In this document: piece by piece, positions 19,901 to 28,952 of the stretch
Layout: every line of letters starts with the position of its first letter
Position numbering within the stretch: position 1 is the first letter of the stretch
Source of the DNA: an uncultured virus (IMG/VR IMGVR_UViG_3300012271_000008)
Taxonomy: Duplodnaviria; Heunggongvirae; Uroviricota; Caudoviricetes
DNA: 64,000 nt
IMG/VR virus record: IMGVR_UViG_3300012271_000008
Span: 1 to 64,000 of that record
Strand: one strand, 5' to 3'
The notes under the pieces: model-generated
Seen by the model: only the letters and a program-made list of their open reading frames with translations
What the model was told of the DNA's origin: nothing
The model's database searches: none
Translations under genes and position numbers: made by a program

Positions 19901-21276
19901 GAATCCCAACCTGTTATAGAATCTGGCCTGTGAGCACCTTGAGTACTTCCTGTAAAAGAATCTTTAGCTCTGCCTGGAATATGCATAACAGGTGAAAAAG
20001 TATTATTGTTATATTTATAAACTATACCAAATGCATAAATTTCATCACGCATATAAGATTTACCATACCAATAATAATCTCCAGTTTTTACAGCTATGTC
20101 ATTTACATCAGTAGAATCTTGTTCATAAACTTCATAATGAGATTTAATGTCATTAGCGTATTGTTGTAATCCTGAATAATTTTTAGAGTTGCATTTTATA
20201 TTACTTCTTATTAATCTGTTCTCTAATTGAGTAATACTTTTAGAACTATAAATTTCTTTTACACTACTAATAGATCTAACATCAGTAGGCACAGAATCAT
20301 CAATACTAGTAACAGTGTACCTAATTAAAGATTCCGTTATAGGTAATTCAGCAACAACATAAGAAGAAGTTACACTAGCAGTAGTTACAATAGCTGTTAC
20401 TTCTAAAAATTCATAATTTAAATTTATACCATTAATTTCAAATTCTATAGATTTATTACTGTTCATAGCAATGTTTCCATCTATATTTAAATAAGTTTCA
20501 GAGTATCTATCATCTATAACTGGTATAGTTTCAGTAGCTATAGTATAACCTGCTCCATTTTTATTTGAATCTAAATGTCTTACAACTAGTTGAATAGTAC
20601 CAATAGGTAAGTTACCTGTTTCTAAATATTTTAAAAAACTAACTGATAAATTATCATCAATTTTTTCAATTTGAAATTCTTCACAGTTCCATTTAGATAA
20701 AGGATTGTCAGTTCCTTCTTGATAATCTGATTTTATATATTGTTCTAAGTAATTTAAATTAACTGATCTATCAGGATTCAAATGATCTACAAAATAAATT
20801 ATAGTATCACATCCATTTTTAACTCTATAAGTAGCTTCAATCTCATTACATATATTAAAATCTAAACAATCAGATTCTATTAAAGTTTCAAAATTGTAAT
20901 TTTTATCTAATGTTCCAATTAAAGAAATGTTTGTTAAACTATTAACTGCAAATATAACATCTTTTTCTCCACTTATATAAGTATGACCTAACACCTGAAA
21001 ACCTTCAGGTAAAGCTGCTACAGATTCATTAGATAATTCATTACTTCTAAAACCTAAATCTCCTTCAGTAGTTTCTGAAATAGTATTTAAAGCAAATCTA
21101 TATGTGCCATCAGGTTGTCTGTTAGGAGAAAAATCAGTATGAAGTCCAGATTCAAAACTATCAATAGTTTCTTTTCTTAATTTTGTATTTCTCCTGTCTC
21201 TTCTATCTCTACTGTTCTGACTATATCTACCTCTTTCATTATCATTACTGTCTCTTATTCTGTTATTTCTAGCCAT
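16933..21276 (-). CDS. Tail muzzle/stabilization protein
   Basis: 1447 aa. GLHTDFSP...DGTYRFALN near the N-terminus, YMRDEIYAFGIVY, GGDTFITRF and SWTISYS...WTSFHSYIP resemble crAss-like tail stabilization proteins. Confidence 0.75.
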   Translation of the reverse strand: MARNNRIRDSNDNERGRYSQNSRDRRDRRNTKLRKETIDSFESGLHTDFSPNRQPDGTYRFALNTISETTEGDLGFRSNELSNESVAALPEGFQVLGHTYISGEKDVIFAVNSLTNISLIGTLDKNYNFETLIESDCLDFNICNEIEATYRVKNGCDTIIYFVDHLNPDRSVNLNYLEQYIKSDYQEGTDNPLSKWNCEEFQIEKIDDNLSVSFLKYLETGNLPIGTIQLVVRHLDSNKNGAGYTIATETIPVIDDRYSETYLNIDGNIAMNSNKSIEFEINGINLNYEFLEVTAIVTTASVTSSYVVAELPITESLIRYTVTSIDDSVPTDVRSISSVKEIYSSKSITQLENRLIRSNIKCNSKNYSGLQQYANDIKSHYEVYEQDSTDVNDIAVKTGDYYWYGKSYMRDEIYAFGIVYKYNNNTFSPVMHIPGRAKDSFTGSTQGAHRPDSITGWDSTSYDLVSSSWDNVSSIPDTEAEHLSLIAGDTVERWKVYNTAYKDSSLNSNVHSAGQMAYHESNANYPNTKDCNDNFIFGDLVGTPIRHHKFPDSSLEPHSSNNNIHPIGIKFKNIILPPDTKSYRIVRCDRDENKTVLDKGISFYGRISEVGDSPIHFQPFLGNLSKLELAIGPTTGLRVIPDGLESGALIGAGDTVPIQNTISDRICFHSPLTKFVKPFIKASYLKTENVLNAAAETPYLQSNRRTSIGLSFNTDDVEINVNPSLNTSINSVINKQAYIGKNSILPAGILTEKFINNYSDDTFAIETNSNVRAYDGNTEVFTHANDTITEGSNGSGGTLRSGSQAIYQSLKVVKDVYNNLNRLIYYTVSKDWTEANETLVLGGDTFITRFNFINSGRMIAESEEWVNEDNKIADRKHNYSSLIGFFTESTINSELRHELPGELYYPKTLNAGLFLNCITDDGSGYTPNYYNYNSDFHKPNNINAFISLPNSYRYCSDCECLFPNRVLYSERSFQEELADNYLNSKTNNYRDILANKGDITKIFNYQNKLFIDTEESRFYLPSTNQAIQSNESQVFIGTGEFFSASVQELVDSDVGYMGNQSQRAFNITEHGVFSLDARDGKVFLFNGKTNVISNKGKRNFFENNLELNLETEYEDVTGLEFPCPDNPTNNVGFVAGYDTRYDRWLLTKHDFKLTDKSKRMLTEVQIFNPNIPSTGSLKFENGNWYIVTPDSFSTEITKLIYPKNEPTLFENCSWTISYSVKDQSWTSFHSYIPNYYIDSKTKLYSTINNDNNIWKHHKRFEYQTFYGVQYPHIIEVVANKNPIESSIHNAVRFHTQAQQWDPINKYFIDKRLITFDKANLYNSYQSSGDIDLLTKRVQNHLGRDQESWHQQALLDINEKEYSFNEFRDLVENRDIPLFTKNWEEPSFQDKYYIDKVINPTSINLNKNWWEQEVFRDKYLLIRLFFTTFVNTKLITNFNITDKNYTER
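16992..17023 (-). promoter_or_regulatory. Bacteroidota sigma-70 type promoter upstream of cargo/RNAP genes
   Basis: Minus strand CTTG-N20-TACCTTTG inside the 3' end of the muzzle gene. Confidence 0.6.
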
Positions 21277-22192
21277 AATTGTTAAAATTTAAATTATCTA
21301 AGTTGTTAGAATTAGCAAAGAAAGATCCATAAGCATTTCTTTTTTTAACTAATCTCATATTGCTTCTGTATAGTTGTTCTCTTTCATCTAAGTTAGAAGG
21401 CATAAGTTGGGTATTCTTAGCTTGTTTACAGTACCATTGCCAGTCATTTGTATATCTTTGTAATAATCTTTCATGAGAAGGTGTAGGGTCTGTAAAATAC
21501 TTTATATCAGCTAGCCTCATTTTTAAATAAGCTACTATTGCTGTCCTAAAAGAAATTTCATCTATAACCATAGGATACCCATTTTCATCTGTAGGTTGTT
21601 GTAAATAAGCTAAAGCTAATGTTCCAGTTTGAAAACTTGTATTTATATAACCTTTATGTATTGAATAAGAATCTTCTGAATCACAGTATAGATTAATTGA
21701 ATCCATACAATGAGAACTTTTAGCAGATCTAAAGTTAGATTTGTCTAGTTTTAAAGGTTGAAAATTATTGTAATAATTATTATTGTAATTTGATACAGTA
21801 TTGTATGAAGCTATTACATCATAATATCTTTGTTCTGGTATATAATATTCATTATGAGAATTCCAACAAGATGGAGTTTCAGCTTCAGGACAAGTTGGAC
21901 AAGATTCATCCAAGGTTTCTCCTTCATCTGTTAAACATAAATTATTATCTACTGTTTCTTTAGTATAAGCTATTTGAATAATTTCTACTAAATCACTTGG
22001 TAAAGAAACTTTATGATCTTCTACTTTTAAAATTATAGACTCTTCTTCATATTGCCCAAAAGCTCCTATGAATTCTAAAGCCTCTCCAATCATTTCTACA
22101 GTATCTGCTTCAGATACTCCAACTCCAGTGAGTCCTTCTCTTACAGACTTTGCTATAAGGTTATTAACTGATACTAAACTGTACTTACTCAT
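21269..22192 (-). CDS. Tail ring/tubular protein
   Basis: 307 aa with the pattern EMIGEALEFIG...LPSDL...YINTSFQTG...PTDENGYPM...WQWYCKQA; synteny. Confidence 0.65.
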   Translation of the reverse strand: MSKYSLVSVNNLIAKSVREGLTGVGVSEADTVEMIGEALEFIGAFGQYEEESIILKVEDHKVSLPSDLVEIIQIAYTKETVDNNLCLTDEGETLDESCPTCPEAETPSCWNSHNEYYIPEQRYYDVIASYNTVSNYNNNYYNNFQPLKLDKSNFRSAKSSHCMDSINLYCDSEDSYSIHKGYINTSFQTGTLALAYLQQPTDENGYPMVIDEISFRTAIVAYLKMRLADIKYFTDPTPSHERLLQRYTNDWQWYCKQAKNTQLMPSNLDEREQLYRSNMRLVKKRNAYGSFFANSNNLDNLNFNNYG

Positions 22193-22605
22193 TTTATTTT
22201 TACTATTTCTAAGTTATCTGCTTTTGCTAATTTAGCTAAAGCTCTTGCGTTTGCTCTACTAGGTTTAAATTCATAAATACTTTTGTTTATAAATCTTGCT
22301 TTATTTTTATTCCACTTATATTTAAATATTAAACCATCACTGTGTAAATTTAAATGATAAATATATTTACCAAATTTTTTAGTATTTTTCCAGTCTATAG
22401 GTTTTCTCTTTTGCCTTTTTTTATAAATATAAAAATCTCCTAAGTTAAAAGGAAATTTAAAAGTTTTACCAGATTGTATGTCATTTAGTATTTCTTTAAT
22501 TAGAACTTTTACTAAAAACTTATACTCACCCTGAACTAAATCAAAGTGAGTATCTTTATTTTTTGTTCTATAATCTCTATAGAAGTTAGTTAATGTCTTT
22601 GTCAT
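22189..22605 (-). CDS. IHF/HU-like DNA-binding protein
   Basis: Basic 138 aa protein with FKFPFNLGDFYI and KPIDWKNTK; typical crAss tail-block IHF homolog. Confidence 0.7.
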   Translation of the reverse strand: MTKTLTNFYRDYRTKNKDTHFDLVQGEYKFLVKVLIKEILNDIQSGKTFKFPFNLGDFYIYKKRQKRKPIDWKNTKKFGKYIYHLNLHSDGLIFKYKWNKNKARFINKSIYEFKPSRANARALAKLAKADNLEIVKIK

Positions 22606-23273
22606 TTATCTTTAGAATCATTTTCTAAATCTTCTGGTATTCTACTAAATTGATTAATTAGTTCTTGAAATGCTAATTCAATTATAGGCTCTGTTAAATA
22701 AGAATCAACTTTAAATTCTTTATCTCTTATATCTTCACACTTAGTAGATTCTTCGCAACAGCTATTGCAATTAAAATCTGTAGTGTCATCAAAAATTCCT
22801 GCAACCGTAATTGCAGGAATTAATTCTTTTGATGTAACATAGAGATAATCATTCTTTGTAAAATAATCAATTGCATTTTTTGTGTATTTATTAAATGCTT
22901 TGTATTTTTTATCTTCAAAAGTTGTAGGAGAGAAGTGATATTCCCCATCTATAGAGTTTACACTAATTATATAATCTCCTCTTTTGTTAGAAACAAACTT
23001 TGGTATTTTACATTCAGTTTTTAGTATAGTGCAACCTAATGCAGGTATACAAGGACATTCATAAGGTAAAGCTTTTATTAAAGGTATACATTCTAAATAT
23101 TCTATATTTCTTTCTGATAGCTTTTTATTTTTATTTAATTCTCTATTTAATAAAAAACTTCTAGCAGATTTTAATTTAGAATATATGTGTCTAGAACTTA
23201 ATCTAGTATCATCCGAAGCTGCACCTTTACTGTATAAACTTTGAACTCTATCAATGGCCTCTCTTATTTTCAT
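22602..23273 (-). CDS. Tail ring/structural protein
   Basis: 223 aa, SDDTRLSSRHI motif, Cys-rich; synteny next to the IHF-like gene. Confidence 0.6.
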   Translation of the reverse strand: MKIREAIDRVQSLYSKGAASDDTRLSSRHIYSKLKSARSFLLNRELNKNKKLSERNIEYLECIPLIKALPYECPCIPALGCTILKTECKIPKFVSNKRGDYIISVNSIDGEYHFSPTTFEDKKYKAFNKYTKNAIDYFTKNDYLYVTSKELIPAITVAGIFDDTTDFNCNSCCEESTKCEDIRDKEFKVDSYLTEPIIELAFQELINQFSRIPEDLENDSKDK

Positions 23274-23281
23274 TTTATTTT

Positions 23282-24358
23282 TTATCTATTAACTTGTAAG
23301 AAACCTTCTTTTCCAGTTTCTTTATTCCAAATATAAGCTGTTGCTCTTTTTTTACTCCCTATGTAACCCATAGCTCTGTGCCATTCATCTGCTCCACATA
23401 GAGAAGGTAAAAATTCTACTTCAACTCCTTGGTATTCATCTTTCATGTGTTTGTGTATATGACCTAAATGCCAACATCTAGTTGTAGTATTAGCAAACAA
23501 TAAAGGTTGCTCTACTGCCATAATTAAAGGTAGTTCATGTGGCTTCTCTTTATCACCATGAGTATAACCTATAAGGTTTTTACCGTAAACGTAATAATTT
23601 CTGCTTTCACCATTGTTAGTAACTTTTACATTATTGTTATTAAAGTAATAAGCTCCTAAAGTTTCTCCTAAATAATAAGTTCTTTCAAAGTCATGATTAC
23701 CTGGAACAACTATAATATCTACTGGAGCTTTACCAGCTAGATAATTAATACTTTTAACAATAGACATCCAAGCTATTCTATAATTAACTCTCCAATCAGA
23801 ATTATCTGTTTGTGGAGTTCCTTTAGTTGTAGTAGCTCTCATGCCTTCTGAATTAAATAAGTCATTACCTATTGGCATAACTATTCTTTCTACATCGTAA
23901 CCACTAGATTTGTCATACAACTCTAAAACAGTTTCTACAAAGATGTCTGCTTGTTCTTGAATAGAGTTTCCATCTATCTTACCAAAATGAAAATCTGGTA
24001 TAGATATTTCTAATGCTACAGGGTCTTTAGTATTTTTTTCTCTAGTCTTAACTTGTAAAGGGCTTAAATTTCTTATATCTTTTATAAGTTCATTTTTTAA
24101 CTCTTTAAACTCACTGGAAGTTTTGTTCTTATTTGTGGTATAGGACTCTCTCCACTCACCACCTGCTGTTTGCCATTTAGACTTTAACACTAAGTTATTA
24201 ATCTCATTATCCTCTTCTCGCACTATTTTACGAGCTTCCCTTAATGCTGCCAGTGCTGTCTCAGGATCTGTCCCTAGTTTGTCAGCAAGCCTTTGTGAAC
24301 CTTCTTTTAAAAAACCTTTTTTTTCTAATAAGAAATCTATTATCTCATCTTTATTCAT
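23282..24358 (-). CDS. Calcineurin-like metallophosphoesterase
   Basis: Motifs PDFHFG, GND, VPGNHD, THGD, GHIH. Confidence 0.85.
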   Translation of the reverse strand: MNKDEIIDFLLEKKGFLKEGSQRLADKLGTDPETALAALREARKIVREEDNEINNLVLKSKWQTAGGEWRESYTTNKNKTSSEFKELKNELIKDIRNLSPLQVKTREKNTKDPVALEISIPDFHFGKIDGNSIQEQADIFVETVLELYDKSSGYDVERIVMPIGNDLFNSEGMRATTTKGTPQTDNSDWRVNYRIAWMSIVKSINYLAGKAPVDIIVVPGNHDFERTYYLGETLGAYYFNNNNVKVTNNGESRNYYVYGKNLIGYTHGDKEKPHELPLIMAVEQPLLFANTTTRCWHLGHIHKHMKDEYQGVEVEFLPSLCGADEWHRAMGYIGSKKRATAYIWNKETGKEGFLQVNR

Positions 24359-24369
24359 ATCTTCTTTTG

Positions 24370-24948
24370 TTATTTATTATCTTTAATAGTGTGTATCCAG
24401 GTGTAGCCATAAGCTGTATGCTGTCTACCATTACAAGCTGCTACAATATTTTTAGAATTAGTGTTTGGGTTATAAAATCTTTCAGCATCTTTTATGCAAT
24501 TCCAAGTTTTTATTAAATAGCCTTCTTGCGAATACTGGTTAACTTTAACAGCTCTACTTGATTTACTTCCTGTAGGTTTTTTAATATTCTTTAAACTTTT
24601 TGATATTTTATCCTTCCACTCTTGTGTTCTAGTATAACACCCTTCTTTATCAGTAAATATTTTTACTTGATTACAATTAAAACAAAGAGTTTGTAAAGCA
24701 TAATCACACTTAAAGTTATTTCTATAAAGAAAATTATATAAATTATAACCTTTCTTATTATTTTTTAACCCTTTTCTATGTGCTCCACCATCTCCATTTA
24801 CATGGTCCAAACATAAAGCTCTTATATCCTCATACCCACAATTAACGCAGCAAGGAATATCACTTTTAGAGAAATAAGAAAGTACGGCATTTTTTATAAT
24901 CTTTTGTCTTTTACTAACCTTATTCTGTATTATTTCATCTCTTTCCAT
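24370..24948 (-). CDS. Free-standing HNH homing endonuclease with NUMOD DNA-binding domains
   Basis: CVNCG...LDHVNGDG...LCFNCN; KDKISKSLK; NUMOD1-like VNQYSQEG...TAYGYTW. Start moved to ATG 24948 because the annotated TTG start overlaps a promoter. Confidence 0.85.
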   Translation of the reverse strand: MERDEIIQNKVSKRQKIIKNAVLSYFSKSDIPCCVNCGYEDIRALCLDHVNGDGGAHRKGLKNNKKGYNLYNFLYRNNFKCDYALQTLCFNCNQVKIFTDKEGCYTRTQEWKDKISKSLKNIKKPTGSKSSRAVKVNQYSQEGYLIKTWNCIKDAERFYNPNTNSKNIVAACNGRQHTAYGYTWIHTIKDNK

Positions 24949-24952
24949 TATA

Positions 24953-24984
24953 CAAAGATACAATTTTAAATTGATATTTCCAAA
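24953..24984 (-). promoter_or_regulatory. Bacteroidota sigma-70 type promoter of HNH gene
   Basis: Perfect TTTG-N20-TATCTTTG, 4 nt before the ATG. Confidence 0.8.
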
Positions 24985-25176
24985 TTATTTTTTATTTTTT
25001 TTCTTAAAAATTACTGGAAGTATGTGATGTCTAAGTAAGTATGAAATTGTAGTAGTAACTACAGTTACAACGATACCTACTAAAAGGGGTAAGGCTAAAT
25101 CCATATCTTGCAAAAATTTTATTAAGCTAGCAGCTCCTCCGCCAGCTATTCCGTTCTTAATGTCTAAAGTATCCAT
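24985..25176 (-). CDS. Small membrane protein (holin-like)
   Basis: 63 aa with a TM segment and a basic C-terminus KKKNKK. Confidence 0.5.
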   Translation of the reverse strand: MDTLDIKNGIAGGGAASLIKFLQDMDLALPLLVGIVVTVVTTTISYLLRHHILPVIFKKKNKK

Positions 25177-25177
25177 G

Positions 25178-26779
25178 TTATATTAAATCTATGTTACTTA
25201 CAAAATCTGTATCAGATGTTAAAGTTCCAATAAAGTTTGTATTACCTGCAGCTGTTACTTGCCCATTAGAAGTATTAGAACCATAGTAATAAACATTAGC
25301 ATCATCACCCATAAAAGTACTGCTTCCACAATCAAAAGCTATATAAGTAATTTCACTTGCACTATACTGATGACAATTTTGTAACCAAATATTAGTATGA
25401 GAAGCTGCACAATCTCCTGAAATACCTATACAACCTGCATTAGTATCTGAATTTATTTGAGTTATAGTTGTTTGTTCAAATTTAACATTACAATAATCAC
25501 TAGTACCTACTGTAGGTATTCCAATATTTATTAAATTAATAGTTTGAGGTGAAGGAGGATTTTCATCTGTAGGTGTTTCTCCCTCTATATGACAAGAACT
25601 AAATATAACTTTTGAAGTTAATCCAATATGCCCTTCTATTTGTATAATATTACTAGTATCATCTCTACCTTTTATACTACTGTTTATTAATTTTAAATTA
25701 CTATTAATTATTTTAAATCCTTGAAATCCAGTTTTTACATAATTTATTGTAACATACCCACTACATTGTTCAATATATATACTTTTATAAAAATCAGAGT
25801 TTGTTAGTTTTAAAACTTTAAAATCCAATAATCCTATATTAAATAATTTAACCATGTAATTATCTCCACTGTAATAACTATATATAGATTCACCTTGATA
25901 TTTTAAAGTTTCTACATTTTTAATATCTACAGCACCTAAAGCTTGAACGCCACCAGTTACTACATTATTTGTATATTTAATTTTAACATCAGCTCCTAAA
26001 AATGTATCTAATTTTAAACAATGATTAATACTACCACATTGTACTCTAAATAAATCTATAACAGTTTCTCTTGAATTTGTTCCAGTTAAATTTATAGCAA
26101 CTTCTTCCGTAGAACTTATAGTAGCACTTTTACCTAAAATATCTAAACCATATTTAGTACCTACAATACTGCCATCTATAATAACATTTCCAATTAAATT
26201 TAAAGTTAATTTACTGTAACCATTTGTTTCATCAATTAAAGAGTCAAGGTTTATTATACCTTCTTCATAAGTTCCTGGATACACTTGTATAGTATCCCCT
26301 TCTAAAGAATCTGCTAATGCAGCAGATATAGTAAGATAATGAGTATTTAAACTTTCTCTTAGACCAGTTGCATCAACTCCTTCCTTAGATACAAATAAAG
26401 TTTTACCTATATCAAATACTAGATCTGATAAATTTTTCCAAATAATAGTATCAGTGTCTTCGTCATAAGTAAATACTTGACCATCTGTAGCTCCTGTAAC
26501 ATCTATTGCAAAAGCAAAAGTGTTAGTTTCACTTACTATTGGTTTAACTTTAGTTGCTACATTTTCTGCTAAAGTAATAGTTTCTCCTACCGCAATTTCT
26601 TCAGTAGTTATACCATCTGATATAAATATTCTATGATTAACTGCTTGTAAATCTGCGACATCATCACAAACTGTACTAGCACAACCTATTGTAGTACCTG
26701 TTATTTCTTGAGTAATTTTAGTAGTTATTATATTAATAACTTCTTCTCGGGATATTGGGCATTTATTAAAAAATTTCAT
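25178..26779 (-). CDS. Tail spike, pectin-lyase-like beta-helix
   Basis: YLTISAALADSLEGDTIQVYPGTYEE is a beta-helix entry motif, followed by an Ile/Asn-rich solenoid. Confidence 0.7.
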   Translation of the reverse strand: MKFFNKCPISREEVINIITTKITQEITGTTIGCASTVCDDVADLQAVNHRIFISDGITTEEIAVGETITLAENVATKVKPIVSETNTFAFAIDVTGATDGQVFTYDEDTDTIIWKNLSDLVFDIGKTLFVSKEGVDATGLRESLNTHYLTISAALADSLEGDTIQVYPGTYEEGIINLDSLIDETNGYSKLTLNLIGNVIIDGSIVGTKYGLDILGKSATISSTEEVAINLTGTNSRETVIDLFRVQCGSINHCLKLDTFLGADVKIKYTNNVVTGGVQALGAVDIKNVETLKYQGESIYSYYSGDNYMVKLFNIGLLDFKVLKLTNSDFYKSIYIEQCSGYVTINYVKTGFQGFKIINSNLKLINSSIKGRDDTSNIIQIEGHIGLTSKVIFSSCHIEGETPTDENPPSPQTINLINIGIPTVGTSDYCNVKFEQTTITQINSDTNAGCIGISGDCAASHTNIWLQNCHQYSASEITYIAFDCGSSTFMGDDANVYYYGSNTSNGQVTAAGNTNFIGTLTSDTDFVSNIDLI

Positions 26780-26963
26780 TACAAAGTATTTTATCTATAT
26801 TAATACAACTTCCATTTTCTAATAGAAATAATATATTTAAGTTGTATGACAACTCTTTCTTAGTTTCAAAAGCTCCTTTCATTTTTAAACTATCTATTAG
26901 TATAAATTCTTCCGAAGCATTTATTAAATTTATATTTAAGGCTTTAACAATCTCTGCACTCAT
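26766..26963 (-). CDS. Hypothetical tail-associated protein
   Basis: 65 aa ORF overlapping both neighbours in the structural operon. Confidence 0.45.
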   Translation of the reverse strand: MSAEIVKALNINLINASEEFILIDSLKMKGAFETKKELSYNLNILFLLENGSCINIDKILCNEIF

Positions 26964-27471
26964 TTATTTTTTGTTTTAAATATGTTAGTATATTACAAGC
27001 TGTACAGCAATTTTCACAATCTAATGCTAATTTTACTGCATTGTATAATGGAACTAATTCTGAATTGTATAAATTATTTTGTACTTTTTTTGCTATTTTA
27101 CAAGGTATTGTTCCTTCTACAAAACTGCATACATAATAACTATAGTAATTTGAAACAGCATCTGCTCCATCATTTACATCTATTTCTACTTTTAAACTAT
27201 ATATACCTTCTTTCATATCAGCAGCTTGAAGCCAAGCTTGAGGATTTATAGTAACTACATCATTTACTATTGTGTAATATGTAGAACTACTTGATAGATC
27301 TAATTCAAAAGTATTTATTACACTGTCTGCTCCAGAACAGCTATTACATTTTTCTAAAGCTTTTATATTTACTTTAGTAATTTCTTCTCCTAAACCAGAG
27401 TCTATAGAAAGCCAGTCTCCATTAGACACTAATCCTTCTAATACAAAGTTTGTTAATTTTAAATTTAGCAT
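26944..27471 (-). CDS. Putative tail hub/structural protein
   Basis: 175 aa, EGIYSLKV, Cys-rich C-terminus; synteny. Confidence 0.5.
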   Translation of the reverse strand: MLNLKLTNFVLEGLVSNGDWLSIDSGLGEEITKVNIKALEKCNSCSGADSVINTFELDLSSSSTYYTIVNDVVTINPQAWLQAADMKEGIYSLKVEIDVNDGADAVSNYYSYYVCSFVEGTIPCKIAKKVQNNLYNSELVPLYNAVKLALDCENCCTACNILTYLKQKINECRDC

Positions 27472-27485
27472 GTTTTTTTATTTTA

Positions 27486-27710
27486 TTATATTTCTGTGGT
27501 GATATTAAATTCTTTTGGCTGCCCTAAAACTACTCTTATGCTTTCATCAAACTTTATATACCAAAACTTTGGAGTATCAAGACTAGCCTCTGAGTAATTG
27601 ACCTTATAGAGTGTAGTACTTGTAGGTGTCTTGGGTAGTCCGTAATAGTCAGCACATTGTTTGCGTGCAGTTATGGCTAGCTCTTCTGTTATGTATGTGT
27701 AGCCTATCAT
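27486..27710 (-). CDS. Hypothetical protein (fibre-associated)
   Basis: 74 aa, coupled to the upstream lectin-like gene. Confidence 0.55.
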   Translation of the reverse strand: MIGYTYITEELAITARKQCADYYGLPKTPTSTTLYKVNYSEASLDTPKFWYIKFDESIRVVLGQPKEFNITTEI

Positions 27711-28564
27711 TAATAAATTGTATATCTTCCGTTAATGTTAGACTCTATGCCTGCTTTGTTTGCTGTTTGGTTGGAATTATAAAGGATTATTTCTTGCACC
27801 GTAGACTGCCAAGGTCTGCTAAATATTTTACCTCCTACATTTAAGTAGGGTAATGCTATTGGACCAGTTAATGGAGTTGACCCAGACCCCTGATTTGAAG
27901 AACCTATTTGACTACCATTTGAATATAATGCTGCCGTAGATAAAGTGTACAAAGTAGTTATTATTTGCTGAGAATATGTTAAAGAATTTGATGACGCTTG
28001 TAAAGCGTTACCGCTACCATCATCAATAAATGTGTTTTGTATACTACTATGGTTTAGTTCTAAAAACCCTACACCTTCAAAAGATCCAAAAGTACCAAGT
28101 TCTCTATTTCTAAATAATGTCTTAGTACCATTACCTGAAGTATTAGCCACTCCAAAAAAAGAATAGTCGTTACTGCTTATTGAAACTGTAGCTTTATTAA
28201 GCTCACTACTCCCCCCAAAATCCAAAGCAGGCTTACCATTTTCAAGTACAACAGAACCGCTATCAACTATTTTAGGCTGCTCCCCAGATGTTGCATTTAT
28301 AATGTGGTTATCCTCGCTTTGGTCGTACCATATTGTCACAAATCCATCACCTGCACCCGTCCAAGTGGTAAGTGTGCCGTCCGTTATTTCTGCTGCTGTA
28401 AAGTCTAGTTCTGCATCATCACTACTTCGCCTTGCTTTGATTACATTCGTAGTAGTAGCCTTTATTTTTTGCAAAGAGTAGGCTGCTGCTGCTCCTGCGT
28501 AAGTGTCTAAAAATAGACCTGCTGCACCGCTTACTCGTAGTTTATGTAATAATGTTAAATTCAT
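27710..28564 (-). CDS. LamG/concanavalin-like (arabinofuranosidase-B-like) structural protein
   Basis: AAAYSLQK...RRSSDDAELDF...GFVTIWYDQS...QEIILY pattern. Confidence 0.65.
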   Translation of the reverse strand: MNLTLLHKLRVSGAAGLFLDTYAGAAAAYSLQKIKATTTNVIKARRSSDDAELDFTAAEITDGTLTTWTGAGDGFVTIWYDQSEDNHIINATSGEQPKIVDSGSVVLENGKPALDFGGSSELNKATVSISSNDYSFFGVANTSGNGTKTLFRNRELGTFGSFEGVGFLELNHSSIQNTFIDDGSGNALQASSNSLTYSQQIITTLYTLSTAALYSNGSQIGSSNQGSGSTPLTGPIALPYLNVGGKIFSRPWQSTVQEIILYNSNQTANKAGIESNINGRYTIY

Positions 28565-28935
28565 ATTTCTAAAAAGAAGTATTCTACTCTGGTTCCATTA
28601 TAAGTAACTACCATATACATATCTACACCTGTAGTCCAACTTGCTCCTGAAATTGGAGATGAAGAACCATCTACTGTGGGTTCACTAGTAGTATTAATTA
28701 ACACTTGTGTAAAAGCTCCTAAAGTTGTTCCTGTTGTTGTATACGTTGTTAAACTTTTAGCTGCTCCTGATGGGCCTGTATAATAGATGCCTAATACATT
28801 AGTAAGGTCTAATACAGAAGTAGATGCTGTAGTGTCTAGCGTACTTTTAAAATTTTTAAGTTTAACACGTTCTTTACAAATTAAATTTTCTATTTTTTTA
28901 ATCTGTTTCTGTGTTACTATATCGTATTCATCCAT
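28561..28935 (-). CDS. Hypothetical structural protein
   Basis: 124 aa, Thr-rich and beta-strand-like. Confidence 0.5.
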   Translation of the reverse strand: MDEYDIVTQKQIKKIENLICKERVKLKNFKSTLDTTASTSVLDLTNVLGIYYTGPSGAAKSLTTYTTTGTTLGAFTQVLINTTSEPTVDGSSSPISGASWTTGVDMYMVVTYNGTRVEYFFLEI

Positions 28936-28952
28936 AATTTTTTTAATTTATT

